Assembly: GCA_038496445.1 (NCBI GenBank)
Contig: JALMLS010000418.1
Location: 186,001-250,000 of the forward strand
Length of the DNA stretch: 64,000 nt
Source: Trichosphaerium sp. ATCC 40318
Lineage: Eukaryota > Protista > Tubulinea
Direction: 5' to 3'
Part shown: positions 37,024-49,455 of the stretch, piece after piece
Position numbering within the stretch: the first letter of the stretch is position 1
How the letters are laid out: each line of letters begins with the position of its first letter
Notes under the pieces: model-generated
Seen by the model: the letters and a program-made list of their open reading frames with translations, nothing else
Database searches by the model: none
What the model was told of the DNA's origin: nothing
Position numbers and translations under genes: made by a program

Positions 37024-38764
37024 TCAATGCTCATGGTCGTGGTCATGATCGTGATCGTGTTCATGTGAATGTGGTAGAGATGCGCGCAAGACTGCTGCAA
37101 CTACTACACCTAATAACAAACATACAGCTTTAAGAGAAATCCATGTACTGTATCGAGAAAACTCGTGTATCAAAATCTCATGAATTGCAATAAAAACAAA
37201 GACGCCTATGTAGAAGAGTGATCACGTGCATGACGAATTTTTTTTACGTACCTACTGCTATTGCGTTGACTATTGTTGTGAAAACAATTGATACTTCTGC
37301 ACTGAGTAGAATACCAACACCAACACCAACTAATCAGCTGTTAGTGCAAAAATAAAAACAAAAAAAAGTTGAAAAATATTTGATTCGTACTTGGTGTAGA
37401 TACAACAAATATCAGGATAAAGCTCCATATGCATATTTTAGATGTTGATGACCTATATAAAAGTTAGAATTAGACGCACGTGAAGAAAGATAAGCGGGAT
37501 TTAGGTCCCAAAACAAAAAAAAGGCGTACGGTAATTTTAACATTATGATACCAAAAGTTAGAGCTTCAGCCCATTTATGGGCAACTATGGCGAACCCAAT
37601 CGACATAACCTCCTCTAATAGAAATTGTATACCTTGTGTTTTAAAAACCGTCAATCACTACAACGAAAAACATCCTTGTAAGTTACCTATGATGAGACCA
37701 TCCATAAAACCATGTAAAAATAATGAACCTAAGAGAGCCAAAGAACCAATAACAGACGTCTTATTCTGTCTTGATTTTTTCACCTCAATGGCCTCATCAT
37801 TCTCCTACAGATTAACATAAGTACTTGTACTATAACCCCTTGCTTCTGAGCTTCACCATCACCTTTATTTTCCAAAAAGATGAAAAAGTGTTGGAAACTT
37901 CGTTTCAAAAAAAATGAAGAAAATTTGACGTACCCCGTCTTCTAAACTCACTAGAGACAATGTCATACTTCTTTCGTCCAATTCCATATTTCTTCCAGGT
38001 CCGTGACTGTGTCCGTGTCCTCCCTATCACGTGATTTTCAATACGTCAACCGACGTGGCATTTTTTTTCGAAAGAAAAGAAAATCAAAAAAAACCAACGT
38101 TACACGTACAGCCCAGCGTGGGGTTACTGATGTGACGACTAATAATAGAACGTATGATGCAAGTGCAATAAAAAACCCAAGCGGAAACTCGTTATAAAGT
38201 CCATCCTCTAAACAACAAAAACTCAACAAAAAATCCCCACAAATCTGACTTATTTCAAAACGGTTTTTTAAATCAAAGGTCTGAAGGTGTTACCTAGAGG
38301 TTCTTTGAGTAGAAATAGCTCTGGAAGTAAGTTGATAAATGCTATGCCAAGGAATACACCGCCACCGAAGGTCTGTTTGAGATGTCAACAAGTCAAAAAA
38401 ACCTAACAAAAAAGGTACAAAAAAAACGTGTGAAAAAAAATAAAAAAGGATGTTGATGAAAACTCTCCAATCCATTTGAAATTGCAAGTGAAAGGTCGAG
38501 GTGTATTATATGATATGAGTATACTCGTGTACGTTACCTTAGCAAGGCCCAACCAATTGTAGAACCGTGGTTGTTTTAGAATAAACGGAATACCTGTAAA
38601 AAGACCTGCAATCGCTAGAGTGAGGAATAGAAAGCCAATTTTCCATGGTAAAACGCCGTCTTCTCTTTAATTTTGTTTTATTAAACAGTTATGCGTTAAA
38701 TAGCGTACACAACGTTATCTGTAGGCGCCCCTGTTGTATTTGTAGGGTCGTGTGCTTCCATCAT
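37024..38764 (-). CDS. ZIP (ZRT/IRT-like) zinc/iron transporter
   Basis: GGHGHSHG loop; VAHKWAEAL metal site; TFVFIAIHEI; His-rich C-terminal tail HSHEHDHDHDHDHEH*. Confidence 0.88.
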
Positions 38765-38961
38765 TGTGTTTTGTTCGCGAGTTGATTTGACAGCGGAAGA
38801 AAAAGCGCCCGTGTTATCTTATTGTTCTGAATCATTCTAATAGCAAGACATGTGTCACCTAAGGAAAATTCCGTCGTTACAGCGGTAATAACCGAGGTCA
38901 GTGTACATTACGCGTAGAAATCACGTTTTGAGCGAATAACACTATGTTCCGTTCTTCCGTG

Positions 38962-39227
38962 TTGTTTATGGCGTGCCCTGCTAGAACCCTGGAAAATTAC
39001 ACATAGCTTTCGTTCGGTTTACAATATTGTTCTCCCAGTAGGCGATAAGGTTCTATTGGCATCACTGCGTACGTTCTAGCGTAAACAAAGGTATTTGAAG
39101 ACTTTAATCGCTTCAAATTTCTGTCGATTCGGCTTTACTTGCGTAGCTGAAATGCTAAAGGTGTATCGAAATTTACTTTATTTTGCAAAGTCTGCTTTGG
39201 GGAGAATCTCAAAGAGTGAGTTTCTCC
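38962..39227 (+). ncRNA. Candidate structured non-coding RNA, family unassigned
   Basis: Nested helices plus several hairpins in an ORF-free intergenic interval; two helices need G.U pairs on the + strand. Confidence 0.3.
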
Positions 39228-39301
39228 TTCTATTTTACATGAACGTTAGTTACAGTACGCTAAACTAAACCCCTACAGAGAGAGGTTGAAGTCTAAGTAT
39301 T

Positions 39302-42300
39302 TTAAACGAATTTAGATGGTGTAGTGACATGTGGTTGTCTCAAAAAAGACTTCCTTCTACGGCCTTCGCGAAGTTTCGCAATCAACTCTTCATCAGGTGG
39401 ACCACTTGCACTCACAGAGCTAGGTGGTCTAAACTGAGGTCTGACAGTATTGTTGACAGAGTTCTCCTTGTCTTGAGGCGATGGGGATGTTTTAACTTTC
39501 CATACTTTCGTCCTGAACGCGCCGGTAAGTTTGAAGAAAGATTGATAACTCAGAAGAGTTTTTGTCTTACTTTGGTGTCTTCCTGCCTGGCGTGTATTTT
39601 CCTGGGGTGTGCTTCTTTGGTGTTCTATACCTTCTCTCAGGCGTACGCATATTAGAAAGTGCGGTGGATTTCCTGTAGGTACGAGACTTTGGCGTCCTTG
39701 GAGATGACACTATAGAAAAAAAAGTAAGCGTAAATGTACCAAGCCAAATCGCTTTGTACCAGCAGCCGAACTATAGCGACCACGACGAACAGGAGTTTTT
39801 GGACCTTCTGTTCTAGAAGATTGTGTCCTAGGTGCATATCGCGATATAGTATTGCGTTGCTTTGGAGACCTACGAGTCAACGGTTTACGAACTGATTGAG
39901 ACCTGCTTGGTAAATTGCTTCTTGTTCTAAGCAGAAACTCCAGTTAATAAAGAGCCTGGGCAAGTTATATGGATAAAGCGTACGCTGGTCTACCCTTTCG
40001 CATACGTCCAGGTGTGCCACGAGAAGAGCCATATCTTTGTAGAGGGCGAGTGGTTTTGACACGTTGAGTATGTGGTCTCTGAATTGCAGGCCTGCGAGCG
40101 ATAGTGCGAGGCTTTGTGCGTTGTACACGTTGTACTGTGCGACGCTTTGGTGTTAGGTGTGTAGATCTCTGGCTGCGCAATGGGGAATCAATTGGGCGCG
40201 CAGTACGGGGTTTAGGGATCTACAAGATGGTTAGACCGAAAGGAAACAATCAAAAAAAAAAAAAAGAGATATCGTACGGAAGCTCTCTTTGGCGTGCGGA
40301 TAACAGGCATTGGCTTTTTGAATGAAGAAAAGTTCTCCTTGTCACCTGCATCGAGGCCATCCAATAAAAATGGTGCACCATGCTTATCAGCAAGTGGAGC
40401 ACTTAGCAAATAGTTTTCTGTAATATAAAAGGTAAGTACAAAACAACTCGACAAATAATAAAAAACAGTCAAAAGATGGTTCCCTTTGACAGTTATGAAC
40501 AGATTTTTTAGCGTTCGCTTATCCAAAGTACTATGGTGATTTGTAGAAGGCTCGAAATTCGGTTTTGTTTACGAAAAGGGTCTCAGAACCACGTGTACCT
40601 TTAAGGAGTAAAAGAAGTTCAAAGGTTTCAATTTGTAGTTGTTGTACAGAGATATCTCCACAGAGAGTATGTATTGTACTAGTATGCTCGAAAATTTCAT
40701 CAATAAGAACTTGTCTATGTGTTGCTCCCGAAACAGTATTCGCTTCTTGCAGGATAGATGCCAGATTTTGTTCTGCGAAAAAAATAAGAATTTGACTGGG
40801 TTTGACACTTGACATGTTGAGGTTTTCTTGGCGTACCGTATTGACCAAGTTTGTTGTTTATAGTATGAAGTTTGCGCACAATAGTCTTTTGCTCGTTTTC
40901 CAATGCAGAAGCCTAAAAATAAGCAGTTAAAGCCAGAGATACATAAACAAAAGATAAAACATACCAAAGCTTGTTCTCTCTTCATCTTTGAAGGTGTCCT
41001 TGCATTTGCGCGTGTATTGATGCCACTAAAAAAATTTGTCAGACAATGGAGTAATTATAAAGCAGGTAAGACATTACATTGTGTTACACTGAGACATTTT
41101 TTGCTTCAGTGATTCGATAGAATTCGATAAGTCATCAAGGCTTTCTTCCGTTGTTTCGATCTCTTGTGCAATGTCGTCAATCTTCTTTCTGACGCGTCTA
41201 ACAACTAGCCAAATGTGAGCAACGATCAAATGATGTGAAATATTCCTACTTCCTGCGTCTTTACTCGCTTGAGCCTTGTTTTCTTTGCCTAAGAGATTAT
41301 GTTAAACACGTGATAAATACACGTTTTTTTTTGGCTTTCTTACTTTTTGTATGCCATTCTTGTTCCTTAGATTCCAAGTCTGCTACCTTGGCTTGAAGAG
41401 CTTTTATAATCTTAACATAATCTGCTATGTGTGTTTCTACGGATAAGACATTCTTCGATACCTAACAAAACTTAAAAAAAATCACTTTTTTTTTTATAAC
41501 TAACCTTGCAACGAATGTTCTTTGCTCTATTTGCGTAAACAAGCGTATTTTGTGTATCTTCATATGTAACAGATGTTGGTGCTACAGCAGCAATCATAAC
41601 AGTCTTACAGTTACCACCCAAAGAATCCTTTTGTAAAGTCAACAAAAGTGTTTTTTTTGGTTTGCATTAAAAATTGTTGGTGCAACTAAGTACCTTCAGC
41701 AGACGCGTTAATTTTGAGTCACGATATGGCACATATTTTCCTTCCTTGTAATCTTGACCCAAGGCGTTGATACAGTTACCCAAAGCCAATAACGATCGGT
41801 TAATATTAGCTCCTTCAATGAGCCTTTTGCCGGTATTCTACAAGACGCAACAATCAATAAAAAGCTTTCTGCGTAAGTTGCATCTACTCATACGTACCTT
41901 TGTGCGCTTTGCACGTTCTGATCCAGCAAGATCGATTAAACTTAGTGTAGCTGTTTTAATATCAGTCTGTAGACCGCGAGCGCGTGGTTTCTGACGGATT
42001 TCAATACGGAATACAGCGTGAGATCGAGAGGATTGCTTATTAACATCAGTAGGCGATTGTGAGCGACGTTCATTTCCTTCTTGAAGTAACTCGAGAACCT
42101 AAAAACGAATGAGTCTACAAATCGCTATTACTGGCCTAAAAGAAGGTACATACGCTTTCAGCTGACTCTGGAGTATGAGAAGATAGTCCTGAGATGACTG
42201 AACCTTTAACTGAGTCTTCTCTCAAAGCTAAGTTCGCCGAATCTGAAAAGGAAAAAAAGTCAGACAGATTTGTTGGTACAAGTCATTTATAACACCCACC

Positions 42301-42969
42301 TGGTACTAGTAAGTCGCGAATGGTTTCATTGTAGACCTCTAAATAAGACATTTTCCAAGTCAATTCGACATCTTCTTGTAGAGCTTCGATTTTGGTAAAG
42401 AGATCGCGCATTGCTAATACCATTACGCCAGGTTGTTCTTTGGATCCAATCATTGTGTGGGTTTTACCGGCACCTGTCAAATAACGGTTATTTCGTAGAT
42501 ATCAGGCTTGTAGTGTGCCTGTTGCTCCGTATGCAAAACAAGTGCAGTTAAAGCCCGCTAGTACTTCATCGATAAGAATCTTTGTTGTATGCGTGTATAC
42601 TTCGTCTTGAGTTGAAGTAGCGCCAAACACGCGATCGTACGCAAAATGTTTATTAGATTCTCGACGAGACGATCCAATAGTTTTAGGAGCGCTACGTAAT
42701 GTTAACAGACATTGTACTAACAACGCTTACGCTGATTCCAATGTTGTTGGATTCAAAATCAACATGTGCTCGTCTACGACGCGTAATATCGGTGTCCTAG
42801 CGCCTTGTTTTTCTCTCGTTGTCTCAGGGCGCACTCTAACCACTACTGTTACAAAACGACTTTTTTAAAAAACCCGCGCTAGGTTTACAGGCGTATGTGC
42901 GTACCTGACGCATACAATCAAGTTTGGATTGTTGCCTTTTGATTTTCTATCATTTGCAGCTCCAGACAT
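39302..42969 (-). CDS. Kinesin-8 family motor (KIF18/KIF19-like)
   Basis: IVCVRVRP; [14 protein letters not shown]; [14 protein letters not shown]; SSRSHAVF; IDLAGSERA; [19 protein letters not shown]; [26 protein letters not shown]. Confidence 0.92.
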
Positions 42970-43322
42970 TGTTGAGGTATGTAGCAGTACCTATAGTGGA
43001 GCGTGAAAGCAGACGTGCTGTCTTTAGTGTGGTTTGTTAGATTACCGTTAAACGTAACAACAAAAATTTGGCGGTATGTCGTGACAAGCTTAAAGCAAGT
43101 GTGAACAACATTAACTAGTCTCAAACAACTACACTATGTACTAAAGGCCATACGAGATTGTCACGTGCCAAGTGTATGTCAGTTCACTGTTTTTTTCAGT
43201 ACACTGAAGCAAATCTTGAGTACGTAATAATATGGAATACCTTTGTGAAATGCGTGTAAAATTGTGGTGTTTTAAGTCAGTTTTCTGCTGTAAAAGTAAT
43301 TTAACACAACCGTATTACCGCA

Positions 43323-43962
43323 ATGGTACGTAAATTGTCTATTAATATTACCACTGATTACGTACAGCAAGGACAAGCACAACAAAGACAACAAGCCGAA
43401 AAACAGCGGTATGATGTTTAATATCGTACTAGAATAATGAATAACGCGTGTACAATAGAAAGGAACAAGAAATGCGTAAAAAGCAGATTCTTGAACAAAT
43501 TCTTGATGCTGGGGCTCGTGAACGATGTAAAAAAATCACTGCGATTATTATAAACTAATTTTAAAAATAGTGGACCGCATTGGGTTAGTACGAAAAGAAA
43601 AAGCAAAAGCCGTTGGTGATATGATTATTAACGTACGTAATTTCCATCTAAACGATCAGTTAAGGGAAAATCTCGTACTATAAATTTGTCACTCATTAAC
43701 GCTTATTTAGGCTTTCCAAACGAAGAGGTACGTAGTATAGGTATTCAAAAGGAATACGCTAACATAACATGGGTTAACTGGGAAAGTAAATGAACAAATG
43801 GTAATCCAAATGCTTCAACAGCTCGATGGACAGACACAAAAAACGTCTGTAAAGGTACCTACCATCAGTGTCATAAGTAACACCATGTTGACAAGAAAAA
43901 ACTTGTAGATACAATCCCGTAGTATGATGGATGATGACGACTTTGATCCTGATGATTTTTAA
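43323..43962 (+). CDS. PDCD5: Programmed cell death protein 5 (dsDNA-binding)
   Basis: QILDAGARERLDRIGLVRKEKAKAVGDMII...KVNEQMVIQMLQQL...MMDDDDF; seven short exons, the first coding only ATG. Confidence 0.9.
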
Positions 43963-44318
43963 AATCTACAAGTAAAAAAAGTATTATACGCGTAGATGAC
44001 GCGTGTATGTATCAAATATAGTATTTGAGCATATGAAGTTTCTTGAACTGTATGCAAGACTATCTATTTGTTAGTTTATTTGGTGAGCTAAAAGGATAGC
44101 TACAAGGCTCATGCTTCGCTACCCTACGGCGTCCTTGCCTTTGTCGTTTCTGAGCGTGTTTGTTTTTGAGCTTATTGGCACGATCTCTGTACATCAAGTT
44201 GACGATAATCTACCGTACTACTTTTTCGGCTTAAACCAAGAAATCTAAATTATGTGCAGTTGGTGTTTATTTTTTTGTCAGAAATACATGTTACAAGGTT
44301 GTTGTATCCGAGATTTTG

Positions 44319-45002
44319 TTATCCTTGATTACTCTTAACAGCACGTTCTTGTCGTTTTTGAGCGTGCTTGTTTTTGAATTTGTTTGCATGTCTTTGAGGC
44401 CTACCCCTTTTAGCACATTGGCTTCGTTTTGAATCCCTCTGTTCTTTACGTTCTTGTCTTTTTTTGATACGAAATGCCTTTTGTTCCTCCATTGCATTGA
44501 TCACTTGTTGAACGTCACCTGAGAAGCCGACTTTGATCATTGTGTTGAAGCAAGGTCTCCATCTCTTGTATCCTTCAGATTGAAGTTGTAGTATTGCTTT
44601 GATCCACTGTTCTTGTTGATCCAACGGGACACGTTTCAAGAATCTCGGACATTTCTTGATTGTGTTGACAAGACCCGCGTTGTCTTCAGAATCCACGTTT
44701 TCGCTAGAATCTGTGTCGATGTCGCTTGATTCTGTACTGTTATTCTCCATGCTTTCGCTTGATTCTATGTCGTCTTGTTGTTCAGTTGAAGGTTTATCCG
44801 ATGCCTGTGTATGTGTTAGAGATCTCATTGTTACAATAGGTAATGTGGTTTAGGGTGTACGTTTTGTATTGATACTGGACCGACTTGAACACCACAATTG
44901 AGAATGTTGTTGAGTGTTGATGAAATTTGTTCTTGTTCAATGTCAAACTGGATTGTGACACGGACTGGTGAAGTAGTTGATGTTTGTGGTTGTTGAGTCA
45001 TT
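44319..45002 (-). CDS. Hypothetical protein with acidic linker, UBA-like helical domain and basic tail (copy A)
   Basis: Two exons; MTQQPQTSTTSPVRVTIQFD...ILQLQSEGYKRW...GDVQQVINAM; paralogue at 57507-58213. Confidence 0.75.
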
Positions 45003-45273
45003 GTTGTTTCTTTATTCGCGTTTAGGTAAGCCACGTTGTTATGTGTGTTGGTTGTTATGAAATATGATTTCATGTTGAACAAAAACAGTTCAGTGAATAC
45101 AATTAATATTCTTTACTCACTTTTAAACAACCACCAACCAAGTTTCTACACTGGCTCTATCATTAATGCGTACGTTTTCCGGATAGGAGATTCTTTCGAG
45201 CTCATAATAATGGGATCACTGTGGGGTGAGATTCAACAAACTTAAATAACGACTCAACAGAAATCCATACTGG
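44350..45273 (-). repeat. Inverted duplication, arm A (partner ~57236-58170)
   Basis: Coding sequence and ~270 bp upstream align to the reverse complement of arm B; the intron and acidic linker have diverged. Confidence 0.9.
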
Positions 45274-45816
45274 CTTGCTATAAATCTCTTTGATTGTAAA
45301 GAGCCAGGCTGAAATGTTAAAACTGCGCCTGAGATTCAGGCCTTTGCGGCAGACTGCAACCGAGAAATTAACACGCGCGACTCTACTGTTAATTCAACTT
45401 GGCTAGACGCCGTATAATTCTAGTTGGTGATTGGAAAACCAGGAACCAGTTAACTAAAAAACAAGTCGAGCTTACCAAGCAGGGAGAAAGGTAGTATCAA
45501 CTTTTTTAAATGCATTTTAAAGTAGAGTGTACAAATAGAACTAGCTCATTTTATAGCTGGATACTCACTCCTACAAAAACAGAATCAACTTTAACGCAGT
45601 ATATACTTATCACGTGATATCCCGTTAGTGATATAAAGCGTGTCTTTGTCAATGCATTCAAATTTTTTATAGTTCACTATGTTAGCCTGTAGGTTGTTTA
45701 CTAACCTCTTTAAAACGGACGGTTACGCTTGGATAAAACGACCTGGTGTGACTTATTTACTCTATAAGTGATGGTCGTTTTACGTTAAGTTTTAAAGTAC
45801 TAACGACTACGACACC

Positions 45817-47411
45817 ATGTCCACTAATCGATTGCGTGTTGAAATGACGAACAGCACTAAACAGAAACGTAAATCAGCAAAACAAACAGGAGCTAAAAGC
45901 GAAGAAAAGAAAAAAAAATCAGCAAAGCAAGCTCAGAAGAAAGAACTCAATGCAAGGGTAAAAAAGTTTGAAAATACGCGTATGCGGAGATCAGCTTACA
46001 TGTGCGGTTTATTTTCTTCTATTTGTGAGAGAATCGTTGCAGGTGAGTCGGAGTGTTATTTCGGGGAGCGTAAAGGCCCCTATTTGGTTTAATTAATTAA
46101 CATTTGTTTACTCCTGATAGAGTGGAACATATGGGTCTATTCTACTTCACCAGAGATTAACGATTGTTTTATTCAAGCGGTATTTCCAAGGCACGTGATT
46201 TCGAAGAGGTTTTTTTTTATTTGCGTGGTTACATTGTTTAACGTGTATTTAGATCTTATAAGCCGACTTGGGGAGAGGTACGTTGTTTTCTGTAAACACG
46301 ATTGGTAAAAAAAGACTACCATTCAATTGCTGTGATGAGTGGTTTCATGAATGAACCTTACCCGTACCCGTTAGTTATTTCAAGCATTAGCACATCAAAC
46401 GATAGCTACTTATGACAGCGAATACGATGCAGAGGCTGACTGCTTCTACTGGAAAGTACGACAAAAATCATCATCGAAATTGCGCTAATAGATGATTTTT
46501 TACTAGTTTGAACCTTTAGGTATCGACTCGTAACACGTGCTATTATTATTCAGTTTTTTTAACAAATGTTATTAATAGCCGACGATGTCATGAGAGTACC
46601 TTACGGATTTAATTTTCTTCCTGAGGTACGTACAGAATAGGTTAAAGAAACAAGTTATTTGACAAACACCTTAGGATTGGTCTGTAATTGATGCAGTACG
46701 ATTTGACTTTCGAGAGGCTTTGTAACACTGTTTGTTAAGGGTATAGCATTGAGTTATAAACCGCCATCCGACGTTTATCCTGTTGGGATTGATATATATT
46801 ATTTTGGGACTTACAGCTTTGATACAAGTGGGTGTTTCTTGCTTTTGTTGTCGATGTGTTAAATTTGTTTTAGCTGACGAGAAAAAAAGAATTGAAAAAT
46901 TTGAAGAGATACGCAATGACTTGGCAGGTAATACATAGTTTATGTCTTGACATGTTTACTAATAAATCACATAGAATGTTTTGCGAGATCAGTGGTAAAG
47001 TACACAAAAATAAATCCTCCAACGGCTCAGGAGATGGTAACTGTATGACACAATTTTCTTCAAAATGAGGTTTTTAAAGAAAAACAAAACTTCTTACGAA
47101 CTACTCTTGTAGAAAAAAATTGGAAGAGCTGGTATTCCTGCATTATATTTTGAATCACCTTGTTCGCTATCAAATGCAAAATGGCGTCAATGGGTATTTG
47201 TTTCAGAAGGTATGGCTAGTTTGTTTTGTATCAAATGATTGTTTTTGGTAAAAAAAGACACATAGGTTATTGCCTTGGTATTGGCACGTGTTTAGAGGCA
47301 GATGTTGAGAAAATTGTATTACCTGAAATGGAGCAAATGGTATTATCCTTTAGTACGAAATGTTACGTAGGACCAGACAAAGATGACGTAGACGACGAGA
47401 ACACTATTTAG
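45817..47411 (+). CDS. Hypothetical multi-exon protein with a Lys-rich N-terminus
   Basis: Chain of small exons in consistent frame (EWNIWVYS..., LFQALAHQTIATYD..., GRAGIPALYFE...); internal structure partly uncertain. Confidence 0.55.
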
Positions 47412-47540
47412 TTATACAAAGAAAGTCATTCCATCTTTACTGAATAAAATAAATAGACGTTAACCATGGAATATACCCTACTTATGATTAACAATACCTT
47501 CAGATACTTATTTGTTCCTATTTCATTGTGTTATGAACCA

Positions 47541-48410
47541 GTCATTCTGGTAACCTCAAAAATGAGGCAAATTTCTTGCCTACAAAAAAGATAGAAAATT
47601 CACAAGTGGTTCAGCGAACTTGTCATGTCTAGACTCCTGTTTACACTTTGATATTATAGTGTATGTACCAGTATTTCTAATTGTTCTAGGTGAAGGTTTA
47701 GAATTACACTTTGTAAAACAACGAGAGTTCTTGTAGAGCTTGTTTATAGCTCTGTGCTGCATCCACAATAATTTCTATTTGCATTTTATACCTTTCTTAA
47801 CTTGTTTGCGCGTGTCTTATTACTGGATGAGTAACATGGTGCATCAAACAACATTGATTCTATTTCAGCTACAGATGTGGTATGCTTTGGATCCATCACT
47901 TCGACGGAATCTGAGGAAACCCACTAAAAAACTAAGAAAAATACAAAAAAATACAAGGGATAATCCACGGATGTGCTGCATTGTCACTGTTGTTGGTAAG
48001 TTACGTTGGTACATCGGAAATCAACTTTACCTTCAACATGCCTTTGACTCTAAGCAACGCGCATACAAAGAGAAACCCCTAAAATAACACAATTGTACTT
48101 CGGCCTGCATAGGCACCTTGAGAAAGTCTTGATGAATGTCACCAAGATGGACTTACCCACCCTCCTCTGTGCAAATGCACAGACTTCAACACCAACTGAC
48201 GCTACCACCAACTCATCATTTTTGTTGTCAACACTGTGAAGAACTATGTTTATGAGCCAGTACTAGCTGTAAGAATCCTTGGAGTAGCTGCAACTTTGTT
48301 GATAGTAAGTTAAAAGCTGTTATGAAGTACAAGTTAGGATTCAAGGCACGTGATCATCGAGAAATACATCTAAATCGTTACCTAGTAACCTAAAGAAAAT
48401 TATCCCTGTC
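47541..48410 (-). CDS. Possible small multi-exon hypothetical gene
   Basis: Intron-like GT..AG segments allow the frame RQLVLKSVHL...QRHVEVTMQHIHSVEVMDP...YKQALQELSLFYK; both ends unresolved. Confidence 0.35.
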
Positions 48411-48603
48411 TAGGAAGCCCTATGGAAGTGCACTACATATCTGCTTGAATCACATTGCGTGTCAAGCTGAAGCCAATCAAAATCTCACTTAACTTTTCGC
48501 TTAAGCTACTAAAAAAACCTCAACGGCCTGTCAAACTCTCTTAGTATTCTCCAAGCTCAACCACCTTTTGGTTATAGCATCTTACTATTTATAGCAATCA
48601 AGA

Positions 48604-49324
48604 ATGTTGCAACAAGGTAAGCAAGAAAACGGAATTTCAGTTTTCGGGTACTGTTATCCTACAGCGCATTGTATGTCTATTTCTTGAGTTACCTAATTGC
48701 AAAAATAGTTCCTACAAATACTCCCCTTCCAGCACGCTTACCAAACGCTATACCAACCTATGTGACCCTACCACCTTCTATAGCGCCTCCAGCTCCTTTA
48801 ACAACACCACCTCCACCACAATTGGTTCCACCACCTATTTATTCAATGCCTGCTCCAAGAACGAAGGACAGGTGTAAAAGTACACCATGTGTACCTCGTA
48901 ATGGAGTCGTAAAGAAGAATAAGAATAAAAGGAAATCACTAAAACAGTTTGCCGGCAAAAAACATAGCAAGCTTAGAAAAGACGAGAGTGAGGTTAGTAC
49001 AACATTTTAATACATAAACACGCGTCGTTTCGACTCATATGTTGTTTTTGTAGATTAGGGCTAAAACGGCAAAATGCGCGTAAGTTTGAACAAAACGCTC
49101 TCGTTTAGGTTATTCTTACGATTTTTAGCGCTGAAAACAAGACTCTACAACAGGAAATAGATTTTATCAAGTTTCAGCTTAAACAACGTCAAGCAGTAAT
49201 AGAAGGAGCTAAAAAGAAGTTTTCTGATGCTATGACGCATGTTAATGCGTTGACAGCAGAACTAGAGCGTACACCAAAGTCAAAGAAAGGAAAAAAGCGA
49301 CGAGCTTCGATAGTCAGATTTTAG
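48604..49324 (+). CDS. Proline-rich protein with a degenerate bZIP-like basic region and zipper
   Basis: Four exons; Pro-rich N-terminus, then KKNKNKRKSLKQF...ESEIRAKTAKCAAENKTLQQEIDFIKFQL. Confidence 0.6.
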
Positions 49325-49455
49325 AACGAGAAAATCGACAAGTCTAATTGTAAATACAACTTTTCAAAAAAAAAAAACGAACCAGAATGTCATTGCAATT
49401 GGTGATCAACAGATGACCCCATTACCTCGTTATTTATCTTGTTCTGGTTTAAAGT

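Noticed and set aside
39258-39292. CTAAACCCCT telomerase-template-like and ACAGAGA U6-like words
   Set aside because: Short isolated matches with no surrounding U6 or telomerase context.
45302-45404. Hammerhead ribozyme
   Set aside because: GAAA-stem-UH is present but there is no correctly placed CUGANGA core.
48030-48240. TGT-TGA (Cys-Sec) selenoprotein reading on the minus strand
   Set aside because: Another frame is open through these exons without recoding; no SECIS identified.
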